64,000 bases of DNA from Tagaea sp. (GTDB taxonomy: Bacteria; Pseudomonadota; Alphaproteobacteria; CACIAM-22H2): the NCBI GenBank assembly GCA_965279565.1, contig OZ257249.1, forward strand, positions 791,850 through 855,849, given 5' to 3'. Shown here piece after piece: positions 1 through 9,604 of this stretch (position 1 is its first letter; every line of letters begins with the position of its first letter). The position numbers were made by a program, and so were the translations under genes. Under the pieces are notes generated by a model. The model saw only the letters and a program-made list of their open reading frames with translations, was not told the DNA's origin and made no database searches.

Positions 1-728
1 GCTTCATCGACATGGGGGCACCCGTGTGGCTCGCCTTGATCGGGGCACTCGCCACGATGATCGCGCTCGCCTTCGCCATCGAGCGCGTCGTGCTGCGCCC
101 GCTCGTCAACCAGGCGCCGATCATCCTGTTCATGGCGACCATCGGCATCTCGTATTTCATCGACGGATTCTTCCAGGCGGTCTGGGGCGAGGACGTGAAG
201 CGCCTCGACATCGGCATCCCGAAGGACCCGATCGAGATCTACGGCGTGCTGATCAACACGTTCGACATCGTCGCCGCGGTCGTGGCGGGGGCGCTCGTCG
301 CCACGCTCGCCTTCTTCTTCCAGTCGACCCGCATCGGGCGTGCGTTGCGCGCCGTCGCCGACGACCATCAGGCGGCCCAGTCGGTCGGCATCCCGCTGCA
401 GACGATCTGGGTCATCGTCTGGTCGGTCGCCGGCATCGTGGCGCTGGTCGCCGGCATCATGTGGGGGTCCAAGCTCGGCGTGCAGTTCTCGCTCGCCTTC
501 GTGGCGCTGAAGGCGCTGCCCGTGTTGATCCTCGGCGGCTTCACGTCGATCCCGGGTGCCATCATCGGCGGCCTGATCATCGGCGTGGGCGAGAAGGTCG
601 CCGAAGTGTTCTGGGCCGCCAAGATCGGCGGCGGCATCGAGGACTGGTTCGCCTATATCCTGGCGCTGTTCTTCCTGATGTTCCGGCCGCAGGGCCTGTT
701 CGGCGAACGCATCATCGAGAGGGTCTGA
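1..728 (+). CDS. livH: Branched-chain amino acid-type ABC transporter permease (LivH-like), 5' end outside window
   Basis: Hydrophobic helices; 'GRALRAVADDHQAAQSVGIP', 'LILGGFTSIPGAIIGG', 'RPQGLFG'. Frame is open back to the window edge. Confidence 0.9.
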   Translation, partial: FIDMGAPVWLALIGALATMIALAFAIERVVLRPLVNQAPIILFMATIGISYFIDGFFQAVWGEDVKRLDIGIPKDPIEIYGVLINTFDIVAAVVAGALVATLAFFFQSTRIGRALRAVADDHQAAQSVGIPLQTIWVIVWSVAGIVALVAGIMWGSKLGVQFSLAFVALKALPVLILGGFTSIPGAIIGGLIIGVGEKVAEVFWAAKIGGGIEDWFAYILALFFLMFRPQGLFGERIIERV

Positions 729-732
729 TCCC

Positions 733-1809
733 GTGATCTACCGCGAAGCAGGCCAGTTCAAGACGAGCTACGCCGCCGACCAGGCGATCTTCCCGATCCT
801 GCAGGACCGGATCGCGCTGTCGATCATCCTCGCCGTCGCGTTCGTCGCCGTCCCGCTGTCGGCGAGCGACTATTTCCTGTCGACGATCCTGATCCCGTTC
901 CTCGTCTTCGCGGTGGCGGCGATCGGCCTCAACATCCTGACGGGCTATTGCGGCCAGCTCAGCCTGGGCACGGGCGGCTTCATGGCCTGCGGCGCCTACG
1001 CGGCCTACAAGATCGCGACGGGGTTTCCGGAACTCAACATCGTCGTCGTGTTCCTGCTGTCGGGCGGGGTCACGGCCCTCGTCGGCGTCGCCTTCGGCGT
1101 GCCGAGCCTGCGCATCAAGGGCTTCTATCTGGCGGTCGCCACGCTCGCGGCCCAGTTCTTCCTGATCTGGCTGTTCACGAAGGTGCCGTGGTTCGTCAAC
1201 TACTCGGCCTCCGGCGTCATCTCGGCCCCGCCGCGCGCCGTGTTCGGCTGGTTCGTCACCGGCATCGAGGCGACACCGCAGGCGAAATACATCTTCTGCC
1301 TCAGCTTCGTCGCGGTCCTCGCCCTCGTCGCCAAGAATCTCGTGCGCGGGCGCATCGGGCGCGCGTGGATGGCGATCCGCGACATGGACATCGCGGCCGA
1401 GATCATCGGCATCCGCCCGCTGCACACCAAGCTGCTCGCCTTCGCCGTGTCGTCGTTCTACTGCGGCGTGGCCGGCGCGCTGTGGGCCTTCATCTACACG
1501 AGCTCGGTCGAAGCGCTCGCCTTCGACATCAACCGCTCGTTCCAGATCCTGTTCATGATCATCATCGGCGGTCTCGGCTCGATCCTGGGATCGTTCCTGG
1601 GTGCGGCCTTCATCGTCATGCTGCCGATCTTCCTCAACTCGGTACCGACCGCGATGGGCGTGCCGCTCTCCACCTCCATGATCGCGCACATGGAGTTCAT
1701 GATCTTCGGCGGCCTGATCGTGTTCTTCCTGATCGTCGAGCCGCACGGCCTCGCCCGGCTCTGGCAGATCGGCAAGGAAAAGCTGCGCCTCTGGCCCTTC
1801 CCGCACTGA
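733..1809 (+). CDS. livM: Branched-chain amino acid-type ABC transporter permease (LivM-like)
   Basis: GTG start; 'GLNILTGYCGQLSLG', 'GRAWMAIRD', 'IIGGLGS', 'EPHGL'. Confidence 0.9.
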   Translation: MIYREAGQFKTSYAADQAIFPILQDRIALSIILAVAFVAVPLSASDYFLSTILIPFLVFAVAAIGLNILTGYCGQLSLGTGGFMACGAYAAYKIATGFPELNIVVVFLLSGGVTALVGVAFGVPSLRIKGFYLAVATLAAQFFLIWLFTKVPWFVNYSASGVISAPPRAVFGWFVTGIEATPQAKYIFCLSFVAVLALVAKNLVRGRIGRAWMAIRDMDIAAEIIGIRPLHTKLLAFAVSSFYCGVAGALWAFIYTSSVEALAFDINRSFQILFMIIIGGLGSILGSFLGAAFIVMLPIFLNSVPTAMGVPLSTSMIAHMEFMIFGGLIVFFLIVEPHGLARLWQIGKEKLRLWPFPH

Positions 1810-1819
1810 GGGCGGGACG

Positions 1820-2566
1820 ATGCGCATCCTCGTGCGCGGCATCGGCGATGTCGGTTCCGCCGTCGCGCATGTCGCGCGCATGGCTGGGCACGTCGTGCTG
1901 ATCCACGATATCGCCGCACCGCCCGTGCACCGCCGCGCGATGAGCTTCGCCGACGCGATGTTCGACGGCGTGGCGACGCTTGACGGGCTGACCTGCGTTC
2001 GGTCCGATGCGCTCGACGACGGTCTGGTCGCGACCGCCCTGCCCTATGCCGATATCCGCGCCGCGTTCCGGCCCGACGTGCTGGTCGACGCGCGGCTGCG
2101 CAAGCGCGCGGCACCCGAAGACCTGCGCGGCGACGCACCGCTCGCCATCGGCCTCGGTCCCGGGTTCGACGCGTGGAAGAACTGCCATGTCGCGGTCGAG
2201 ACGAGCTGGGAGGCGCTGGGCAGCGTCGTGCGCGAGGGCCCGACGCTGCCGCTGCGCGGCGAACCCAAGGCGCTCGGCGGTATGGGGCGCGAACGGCTCG
2301 TCTATTCGCCCGCCGCCGGCACGTTCCGCACGGATGCGCGCATCGGCGAGCGGGTGACGGCGGGTGCGGTCGTCGGGTCGGTGGGTAGCGCAACCATCGC
2401 GGCACCGCTTGGCGGAACGATCCGCGGCCTCGTGCATGACGGCGTGGCCGTTTCTACCGGCACCAAGCTTCTGGAAGTCGATCCCCGGCCGGACGCGACC
2501 GTCGCCGGCCTCGGCGAACGGCCGCGCGCGATCGCGGCCTCGGTCCTCGGGCTGCTGTCATATTGA
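1820..2566 (+). CDS. yqeB: YqeB/EF2563-family selenium-dependent molybdenum hydroxylase system protein
   Basis: 'LVRGIGDVGSAVA', 'RRAMSFADA', 'LVDAR', 'IGLGPGF', 'VAVET', 'ERLVYSP', 'GTIRGL', 'KLLEVDPR'. Confidence 0.75.
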   Translation: MRILVRGIGDVGSAVAHVARMAGHVVLIHDIAAPPVHRRAMSFADAMFDGVATLDGLTCVRSDALDDGLVATALPYADIRAAFRPDVLVDARLRKRAAPEDLRGDAPLAIGLGPGFDAWKNCHVAVETSWEALGSVVREGPTLPLRGEPKALGGMGRERLVYSPAAGTFRTDARIGERVTAGAVVGSVGSATIAAPLGGTIRGLVHDGVAVSTGTKLLEVDPRPDATVAGLGERPRAIAASVLGLLSY

Positions 2567-2584
2567 TTTAACGTGACGGGCGGC

Positions 2585-2611
2585 ACTTAATTCGATATTT
2601 CTAGAAACATG
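2585..2611 (+). promoter_or_regulatory. Putative ArsR operator/promoter directly abutting the arsR start
   Basis: AT-rich imperfect palindrome 'aattcgatatttctagaaac' just before the ATG at 2609; no Shine-Dalgarno, so possibly leaderless. Confidence 0.5.
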
Positions 2612-2965
2612 AAAATATCGGATGCAACCGGCAAGCTGGGCGCCCTCGCGCACGAGACTCGCCTTGCGGTCTTCCGCCTGCTGGTCGAGGCGGGGCCCGA
2701 CGGCCTCGCCGCGGGCGACATCGCGCGACGGCTCGACGTGCCGCCGCCCACGCTGTCGTTCCATCTGCGCGATCTGGCCGATGCGGGGCTCGCGGTCCTG
2801 CGGCGCGACGGCCGCTCGCATTTCTACGCCGCCGATTTCGAGACGATGAACGCGCTGATGGCCTATCTCACCGCCAATTGCTGCGGCAGCCGGCCCGAGC
2901 TCTGCGCGCCCGTCGCCTGCGCACCCGCAGCGAAAACCCGCCGCAAGGAGGGCATACGCCCATGA
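2609..2965 (+). CDS. arsR: ArsR/SmtB repressor with C-terminal Cys site (AfArsR type)
   Basis: 'ALAHETRLAVFRLL', 'TLSFHL', C-terminal 'NCCG..ELC..VAC'. Confidence 0.9.
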   Translation: MKISDATGKLGALAHETRLAVFRLLVEAGPDGLAAGDIARRLDVPPPTLSFHLRDLADAGLAVLRRDGRSHFYAADFETMNALMAYLTANCCGSRPELCAPVACAPAAKTRRKEGIRP

Positions 2966-3468
2966 CCGACACGATCAAGAACGTGCTGTTCCTGTGCACG
3001 CACAATTCCGCCCGCTCGGTGATGGCCGAAGCGCTGCTGAACCGGCACGGTGCCGGAAAGTTCAAGGCCTACAGCGCCGGCAGCCAGCCATCCGGGCGGA
3101 TCAACCCGTCCGTGAAATCGCTGCTCGACCGGCTCGGGTTCGACACGTCCGGGTTCCGCTCGAAGGACTGGAGCGAGTTCGCCAAGCCCGGCGCACCCGT
3201 CATGCATTTCGTCTTCACGGTCTGCGACCAGGCGGCGGGCGAAGTCTGCCCGATCTGGCCCGGCCAGCCGATGACCGCGCACTGGGGCTTCCCCGACCCG
3301 TCCTCGTTCGACGGGACGGACGCGGAAAAGGCGGCGTTCACCGCCAACGTCTTCGCGATGATCGAGCGGCGCATCCGCATCTTCGCGAGCCTGCCGATGG
3401 CCACGCTGTCGAATCTCGAGATCAAGCGCCGCATCGACGAGATGGGCCAGGAAACCGTGCCCGCATGA
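2962..3468 (+). CDS. arsC: Arsenate reductase ArsC (LMW-PTP family)
   Basis: P-loop 'FLCTHNSARS', 'TVCD..AGEVCPIWPG', 'HWGFPDP'; ATG overlaps arsR stop, RBS aaggag. Confidence 0.92.
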   Translation: MTDTIKNVLFLCTHNSARSVMAEALLNRHGAGKFKAYSAGSQPSGRINPSVKSLLDRLGFDTSGFRSKDWSEFAKPGAPVMHFVFTVCDQAAGEVCPIWPGQPMTAHWGFPDPSSFDGTDAEKAAFTANVFAMIERRIRIFASLPMATLSNLEIKRRIDEMGQETVPA

Positions 3469-4118
3469 CCGGACCGGGTGTGCGCGCCGCGGCCGAAGCG
3501 GTCGGCTCGGCGCTGCTGCTGGCCACCGTCGTCGGCTCGGGCATCATGGCCGAGCGGCTGTCGGGCGGGAACGTGGGCCTTGCGCTGCTCGCCAACGCGA
3601 TCGCGACGGCGGGCGTGCTCTACGCGCTGATCGCCACGCTCGGCCCCGTTTCGGGCGCCCATTTCAATCCGCTGGTCACGCTGGCGATGGCCATGCGCGG
3701 CGACCTGGCGCGCGCCGACGTGATCCCCTACATCGCCGCGCAGGTCGCGGGTTCCGTCCTCGGCGTGCTGGCAGCGCACGGCATGTTCGACATGGCGATC
3801 TTCCAGCTCGGCGTGAAGATCCGCACCGGCCTGCCGCAATGGCTGGCCGAGGCGGTGGCGACGTTCGGCCTGCTGCTGGTCGTGTGGATCGCCTCGAAGC
3901 GCAACGCGCCGGCCGTACCGGCCGCCGTCGCCTGCTACATCGCCGGGGCCTACTGGTTCACCGCATCGACGAGCTTCGCCAATCCGGCGGTCACGCTTGC
4001 ACGCTCGCTGACCGACAGCTTCGCCGGCATCCGGCCGGCGGATGCGCCCGGTTTCATGCTGGCGCAGATCGTCGGTGCGGCGGCGGCCGTGGCCGTCGCG
4101 CGCCGCCTGACGCGCTAG
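3465..4118 (+). CDS. aqpS: MIP/aquaporin-family arsenite channel (AqpS-like)
   Basis: 'SGAHFNPLVT' and 'TSFANPAVT' NPx boxes; 'VVGSGIMAERL'; ars operon context. Confidence 0.85.
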   Translation: MTGPGVRAAAEAVGSALLLATVVGSGIMAERLSGGNVGLALLANAIATAGVLYALIATLGPVSGAHFNPLVTLAMAMRGDLARADVIPYIAAQVAGSVLGVLAAHGMFDMAIFQLGVKIRTGLPQWLAEAVATFGLLLVVWIASKRNAPAVPAAVACYIAGAYWFTASTSFANPAVTLARSLTDSFAGIRPADAPGFMLAQIVGAAAAVAVARRLTR

Positions 4119-5485
4119 CTGCAGCCGCAGCCGGACTTGCCTTCGACCTTCGCTTCGACATCGGCCACGCAGCACGCGTCGGCCTCCGCCGGTGCGGGCC
4201 CGCCGCAGCAGCTCGCGGCATCCTCGGCTTCGGATTTTTCCCGTACATCGGTGGAGCACACGCCGGTCTGCGGCAGGTTCAGCTCGATGCGGTCGGCGGC
4301 TTCCATGTCGCCGACGAGTGCCGCCGCGATCGAGCGCACCTGTTCGTGGCCGGTCGCGAGCAGGAAGGTGGGTGCGCGCCCATAGCTCTTCATCCCGGCG
4401 ATGTAGAAGTCCTTCTCCGGGTGCGAGAGGATTTTTGCGCCGTGCGGGCGCACGGTGCCGCAGGAATGGAGGTTGGGGTCGATCAGCGGGGCGAGTGCGG
4501 GCGTGCATTCGAGTGCCGGATCGAGCGCCACGCGCAGTTCGCGCAAGGGAGCCAGGTCCGGACGCAGGCCGGTCGACGCGACGATCCGGTCGACCGACAG
4601 GCGCAAGGGCCTGCCGCCGGTGCGCGCGTCGACGGCGACCACGTCGCCCTCGCGCGACAGCCGCTCGACCGCGAAGGACGTGACGAGTTCGATGTCGCCC
4701 GACGCGAGGGCGGCACCAAGGCGTGTACCCAGCGCGCCGCGTTCGGGCAGCGCATCGGCGGAACCCCCGCCCATCGCGCGGCGCGCATTCGCACGCCGGA
4801 TGCCCCAGATGACGCGCGTGCCCGGATCCTCGCGGCGCAGCGCCACGAGATCGAGCAGCGCGTTGATCGCGGAATGCCCGCCGCCGACCACGAGCGTCGT
4901 CTTGCCCTGGTAGAGCGGCCGGTCGACGCCGCGCGCGTCGGGAATGCCGTAGGCGATGGCGCGTGCACACGTATCCTCGCCGTCGACCGGCAGGCCGTTG
5001 GCGCCGATCGGATTTGGCGTGAACCACGTGCCCGACGCGTCGATCACGGCGCGTGCGGCGACCGAGACGCGCCTGCCGCCGGCGCGATACTGCACGACGA
5101 AGGGTTCGTCGCGGCCATCGTCGCGCAGCTTGTCGCGCGTCGCGCGCGAGACCGCTTCGACGCGGGAATCGTAGCGGATGCGCGGGGCGAGCGCCGGCGT
5201 GGCCGCGAGCGGGCGGATATATTGCTCGAGGAGTTCGCCGCCGGTGGGCGCGCGCGATGCCTTGGGCGGCGTCCAGCCCGCCGTGTCGAGCAGCCGGCGC
5301 GCGGCGTCGTCGATATTGTAGGACCACGGCGAGAACATGCGCACATGCGCCCACTGCGCGACCGCATGCCCGGCCGCGGGGCCGGCTTCGAGCACAAGCG
5401 GTTCGAGGCCGCGTTCGAGCAGGCGGGCGGCGGCGGCAAGGCCGACGGGGCCGGCACCGATCACGACGACGGGAAGCTTTGTCAT
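4115..5485 (-). CDS. FAD/NAD(P)-dependent oxidoreductase of the ars-associated flavin monooxygenase type (ArsO/ArsV-like)
   Basis: GAGPVG and GGGHSA Rossmann motifs; 'HSCGTVRPHG', 'YGRAPTFL'; Cys-rich tail 'GVCS..SCCGG..ACC..GCGCS'. Start could also be 5491 or 5506. Confidence 0.78.
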   Translation of the reverse strand: MTKLPVVVIGAGPVGLAAAARLLERGLEPLVLEAGPAAGHAVAQWAHVRMFSPWSYNIDDAARRLLDTAGWTPPKASRAPTGGELLEQYIRPLAATPALAPRIRYDSRVEAVSRATRDKLRDDGRDEPFVVQYRAGGRRVSVAARAVIDASGTWFTPNPIGANGLPVDGEDTCARAIAYGIPDARGVDRPLYQGKTTLVVGGGHSAINALLDLVALRREDPGTRVIWGIRRANARRAMGGGSADALPERGALGTRLGAALASGDIELVTSFAVERLSREGDVVAVDARTGGRPLRLSVDRIVASTGLRPDLAPLRELRVALDPALECTPALAPLIDPNLHSCGTVRPHGAKILSHPEKDFYIAGMKSYGRAPTFLLATGHEQVRSIAAALVGDMEAADRIELNLPQTGVCSTDVREKSEAEDAASCCGGPAPAEADACCVADVEAKVEGKSGCGCS

Positions 5486-5505
5486 TTCCATTTCCTTTCC
5501 GGACA

Positions 5506-5814
5506 TCAGGCCGCCCGCGCGGGCCGCTTGGACGGGCGCGCGAAGCGGGAGAGAAATTCGACCGCCGCAGCGAAGGACGCCGCGTTCAGCCGGTAATAGA
5601 TGAAGCGCCCGTCCTTCTCCGACGTGACGAGGCCGGCGCGCACGAGGATGCGCATGTGATGGCTGGTCGCGGGCTGCGACAGGCCGAGCTGGCCTTCGAC
5701 GTCGCACGCGCAGACGCGATCCTCGAACGTGCAGCACTGCGCGTCGGGGCGGTGCAGGAATTCGAGGATCTTGAGCCGCGCGGGGTCGGCGAGGGCCTTG
5801 CAGATGTCGATCAT
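5506..5814 (-). CDS. arsR: Second ArsR/SmtB repressor
   Basis: 'KALADPARLKILEFL', 'QCC', 'VCACD', 'LSQPATSHHM', 'GRFIYY'. Confidence 0.88.
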   Translation of the reverse strand: MIDICKALADPARLKILEFLHRPDAQCCTFEDRVCACDVEGQLGLSQPATSHHMRILVRAGLVTSEKDGRFIYYRLNAASFAAAVEFLSRFARPSKRPARAA

Positions 5815-6004
5815 GGCTGGACCATATATCGATAGATTTGAATGTGTCAATGTATTCTTTTTGCCCCTCGCGACCGGAACCGGGCGGCTTTTCCGGGCCT
5901 TGGCGGCGGACCGGGCATGGCGTAAGGTCTGGCCCTCAAGGTCGGCAAACGATCTGCCGGGCCAACCGCCCGGCACCAAGACGACGCAACAGGGAGAACG
6001 CCCG

Positions 6005-7333
6005 ATGAGCCTCATCCGCTTTGGGTCCGCAATGCTCGGTGCCGCACTGGTCGCGGTCCCGCTGGTGATGCCGACCCCCGCCTCGGCGCAAGCCAACGAA
6101 CAGTTCATTCCGTCCTTCTCGTACCGAACCGGCCCGTTCGGACCGAACGGCACGCCGTTCGCCGACGGCTTCATCGACTATTTCAAGATGATCAACGCGC
6201 GCGACGGCGGCATCAACGGCGTGCGGATCACCTACGAGGAATGCGAGACGGCCTACAACACCGACCGCGGCGTCGAATGCTACGAGCGCCTGAAGGCCAA
6301 GGGCCCGACGGGTGCGACCGCGATCGTGCCGCTGTCGACCGGCATCACCTACGCGTTGATCGAACGCACCGCGCAGGACAAGATCCCGATGCTGACGTCG
6401 GGCTACGGCCGCTCGGACGGTTCGGACGGCCGCGTCTTCCCGTGGATGTTCACGCTGCCCGCGACCTACTACTCGCAGATGGACGCGATCCTGCAGTTCA
6501 TCAAGGCGAAGGAAGGCACGCTCAAGGGCAAGAAGATTTCGTACATCTACCACGACAGCGCCTTCGGCAAGGAGCCGCTGCCGGTCATCCAGCGCCTCGC
6601 CAAGGAACAGGGCTTCGAGCTGTCGGAGTTCCCGGTGCCGAACCCGGGCGTCGAGCAGAAGGCGATCTGGCTGCGCATCGGCCGCCAGATCCGTCCGAAC
6701 TACGTGATCATGTGGGGCTGGGGCGTCATGAACCCGACCGCGATCACCGAGGCGGCGGCCGTGGGCTTCCCGCGCGACAAGTTCATCGGCGTGTGGTGGG
6801 CCGGCTCCGAGCAGGACGTGACGCCGCCCGGCGACGCGGCCAAGGGCTACATGGCCGCGAACTTCCACGGCGCGGGCAAGGACTACAAGTTCATGCGCGA
6901 CATCGAGAACACCGTGGTCAAGGCAGGCCAGGCGACCGGCGACGGCAAGCACGTGGGCACGGTTCTCTACAACCGCGGGGCGGTCAACGCCGCGATGGTG
7001 GTCGAGGCGGTTCGCACCGCGCAGGAGCGCTACGGCAACAAGCCGATGACGGGCGAGCAGGTCCGCTGGGGCTTCGAGAACCTGAACCTCAACTCGCAGC
7101 GGCTCGCCGCGATGGGCTTCGAGGGCTTCATGCCGCCGCTGCGCACCTCGTGCGCGGACCACGAAGGCGGCGGCGTCGTGCGCATCCAGCAGTGGGACGG
7201 CAAGAAGTGGGGCTGGGTCTCCGACTGGATCGAGCCTAACCGCCCGATGCTGCGCGAGATGTACGAGGCGGGTTCCGCCCAGTACGCCAAGGAGAAGAAC
7301 ACACAGCCGCGCGATTGCGCGCGCCAGTCCTGA
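6005..7333 (+). CDS. ABC transporter substrate-binding protein (LivK/Peripla_BP_6 type)
   Basis: Signal peptide ending ASA-Q; 'INARDGGINGV', 'EECET.YNTDRGVECYER', 'SCADHEG'; RBS ggag. Confidence 0.9.
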   Translation: MSLIRFGSAMLGAALVAVPLVMPTPASAQANEQFIPSFSYRTGPFGPNGTPFADGFIDYFKMINARDGGINGVRITYEECETAYNTDRGVECYERLKAKGPTGATAIVPLSTGITYALIERTAQDKIPMLTSGYGRSDGSDGRVFPWMFTLPATYYSQMDAILQFIKAKEGTLKGKKISYIYHDSAFGKEPLPVIQRLAKEQGFELSEFPVPNPGVEQKAIWLRIGRQIRPNYVIMWGWGVMNPTAITEAAAVGFPRDKFIGVWWAGSEQDVTPPGDAAKGYMAANFHGAGKDYKFMRDIENTVVKAGQATGDGKHVGTVLYNRGAVNAAMVVEAVRTAQERYGNKPMTGEQVRWGFENLNLNSQRLAAMGFEGFMPPLRTSCADHEGGGVVRIQQWDGKKWGWVSDWIEPNRPMLREMYEAGSAQYAKEKNTQPRDCARQS

Positions 7334-7368
7334 AGGACCCGCCAGTGGTCCAGGGATTCTAGCCTGAC

Positions 7369-7403
7369 GGGGCGGGCCGGAAACGGTCCGCCCCTTTTTA
7401 TTT
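7369..7403 (+). terminator. Intrinsic terminator/attenuating hairpin after the binding-protein gene
   Basis: ggggcgggccg-gaaa-cggtccgcccc followed by tttttattt. Confidence 0.8.
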
Positions 7404-7419
7404 GCCGGACACGGAATTC

Positions 7420-8271
7420 ATGACGAGCGAAGCCGCCGAACTGGAACGCAAGCTCAAGATCCCGCGCGAGAAGCCGCTGCTGGAGGTCAAGAACGTCGAG
7501 GTCATCTACGACCACGTCATCCTCGTGCTGAAGGGTGTGAGCCTCGAAGTGCCCAAGGGCGGCATCGTCGCCCTGCTGGGCGCCAACGGTGCCGGCAAGT
7601 CCACCACGCTCAAATCCATTTCCAACCTGCTGCGCGCCGAGCGCGGCGAGGTGACCAAGGGATCGGTCGAGTACAAGAGCGAACGGATCGACGGGCTCAC
7701 GCCCAACGACCTCGTGCGCCGCGGCGTGATCCAGGTGATGGAGGGCCGCCACTGCTTCGGCCATCTCACCGTCGAGGAAAACCTGATGACGGGCGCCTAC
7801 ACCCGCACCGAGGGGCGTGCGGCGATCGCGCGCGATCTCGAGATGGTCTACGGCTATTTCCCGCGCCTGAAGGAACGCCGCCGCTCGCAGGCCGGCTACA
7901 CGTCGGGCGGCGAACAGCAGATGATCGCCATCGGCCGCGCGCTGATGAGCAAGCCCGACATGATCCTGCTCGACGAGCCGTCGATGGGCCTCGCCCCGCA
8001 GCTCGTCGAGGAAATCTTCGAGATCGTCGTGAAGCTCAACCGCGAGCAGGGCGTGTCGTTCCTGCTGGCCGAGCAGAACACGTCGATCGCGCTCCGCCAC
8101 GCGCATTACGGCTACATCCTGGAGAACGGCCGCGTCGTGCTCGACGGCTCGGCCGAGACGCTGCGCGGCAACGAGGACGTGAAGGAATTCTACCTCGGCA
8201 TCGCCGCGGGCGGTCGCAAGTCGTTCCGCGACATCAAGCATTACAAGCGGCGCAAGCGCTGGCTGGCGTAA
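7420..8271 (+). CDS. livF: ABC transporter ATP-binding protein (LivF-like)
   Basis: Walker A GANGAGKS, signature 'SGGEQQM', Walker B 'LLDEPSMGLAP'. Confidence 0.92.
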   Translation: MTSEAAELERKLKIPREKPLLEVKNVEVIYDHVILVLKGVSLEVPKGGIVALLGANGAGKSTTLKSISNLLRAERGEVTKGSVEYKSERIDGLTPNDLVRRGVIQVMEGRHCFGHLTVEENLMTGAYTRTEGRAAIARDLEMVYGYFPRLKERRRSQAGYTSGGEQQMIAIGRALMSKPDMILLDEPSMGLAPQLVEEIFEIVVKLNREQGVSFLLAEQNTSIALRHAHYGYILENGRVVLDGSAETLRGNEDVKEFYLGIAAGGRKSFRDIKHYKRRKRWLA

Positions 8272-8350
8272 GGCGATTTGGCGCTTGAAGCTGTCGGCCC
8301 GCTCCGACACGCTCGGCACCTGCGATTCGCGAGCGGCGGGGACATAGAGC

Positions 8351-9595
8351 ATGGCATCGGAATATTTCGACGATCTCGAAACCCGCGATCCCTCCCATCG
8401 CGAGGAGCGGCACTTCGCCGACCTGCGCAACCAGATCGAAAACGCGAAGGCCAACGCGCCCTATTTTTCCGAGACGCTGAAAGACATCGATCCGTCGCGG
8501 ATCGTCGACCGCGCGTCGCTCGCCAAGCTGCCCGTCGTGCGCAAGGGCGAGCTGATCGAGCTGCAGAAGAAGCGCTTCGAGGCGCGCGATCCGTTCGGCG
8601 GGCTGACGGCGGTGAAGACGGCCGAGCTTGGCCGCATCTTCATGTCGCCGGGGCCGATCTACGATCCCGAAGCGATGCGCCAGGACTACTGGCGCCTGGC
8701 GCGCGCACTCTGGGCGACCGGCTTCCGGCGCGGCGACGTGATCCACAACTGCTTCAGCTATCACCTGACCCCGGCCGGCTCGATGCTGGAAATGGGTGCG
8801 CACGCGATCGGCTGCCCCGTGGTGCCGGCGGGGACGGGCAATACCGAACAGCAGGTGCGCGCGATCGCCGACATCCGCCCGAAGGGCTATGTCGGCACGC
8901 CGTCGTTCCTGAAGATCGTGCTGGAGAAGGGCGTGGAGATGCAGGCCGATCTTTCGAGCCTGAAGCTCGCACTGGTGTCGGGCGAGGCGGTGCCCAAGGC
9001 GCTGCGCGGGGAGCTGGCCGCCAAGGGGATCGACCTGCGCCAGTGCTACGCGTCGGCCGATCTCGGCCTGATCGGCTACGAGAGCGTGCCCGACGAGGGG
9101 CTGATCCTCGACGAATGGCTGGTGGTCGAGATCGTGCGGCCGGGTACGGGCGAAGCGCTACAGGACGGCGAAGTGGGCGAGGTCGTCGTGACGACGCTCA
9201 ATCCCGACTATCCGCTGGTGCGTTTCGGGACGGGGGACCTGTCGATGTTCGTGCCGGGCACATCCTCGTGCGGGCGCACGAACCGCCGCCTGCGCGGCTG
9301 GATGGGGCGTGCCGACCAGACCACGAAGGTCAAGGGCATGTTCGTCCACCCGGGCCAGGTGGCCGAGGCGGCGCGCCGTCACGGGATCGCGAAATTCAGG
9401 CTCGTCGTCACCCGCGAGGGCGACGTCGACGCGATGGTATTCAGGGTCGAGGGGACTGGCGATGCGGCGTTGGCGGCGAAACTCGCCGAAGCGCTGCAGG
9501 CCACAACCAAGATGAAGGGGGCCGTCGAGTTCGCCGCCCCCGGCACCCTGCCGAACGACGGCAAGGTGATCGAGGACGTGCGAAAATACGACTGA
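8351..9595 (+). CDS. Phenylacetate-CoA ligase family AMP-binding protein
   Basis: 'FMSPGPIYDPE', 'NCFSYH', 'GTPSFL', 'RFGTGDLS', 'GRADQTTKVKGMFVHP'. Confidence 0.85.
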   Translation: MASEYFDDLETRDPSHREERHFADLRNQIENAKANAPYFSETLKDIDPSRIVDRASLAKLPVVRKGELIELQKKRFEARDPFGGLTAVKTAELGRIFMSPGPIYDPEAMRQDYWRLARALWATGFRRGDVIHNCFSYHLTPAGSMLEMGAHAIGCPVVPAGTGNTEQQVRAIADIRPKGYVGTPSFLKIVLEKGVEMQADLSSLKLALVSGEAVPKALRGELAAKGIDLRQCYASADLGLIGYESVPDEGLILDEWLVVEIVRPGTGEALQDGEVGEVVVTTLNPDYPLVRFGTGDLSMFVPGTSSCGRTNRRLRGWMGRADQTTKVKGMFVHPGQVAEAARRHGIAKFRLVVTREGDVDAMVFRVEGTGDAALAAKLAEALQATTKMKGAVEFAAPGTLPNDGKVIEDVRKYD

Positions 9596-9604
9596 CCGGT
9601 CCGC

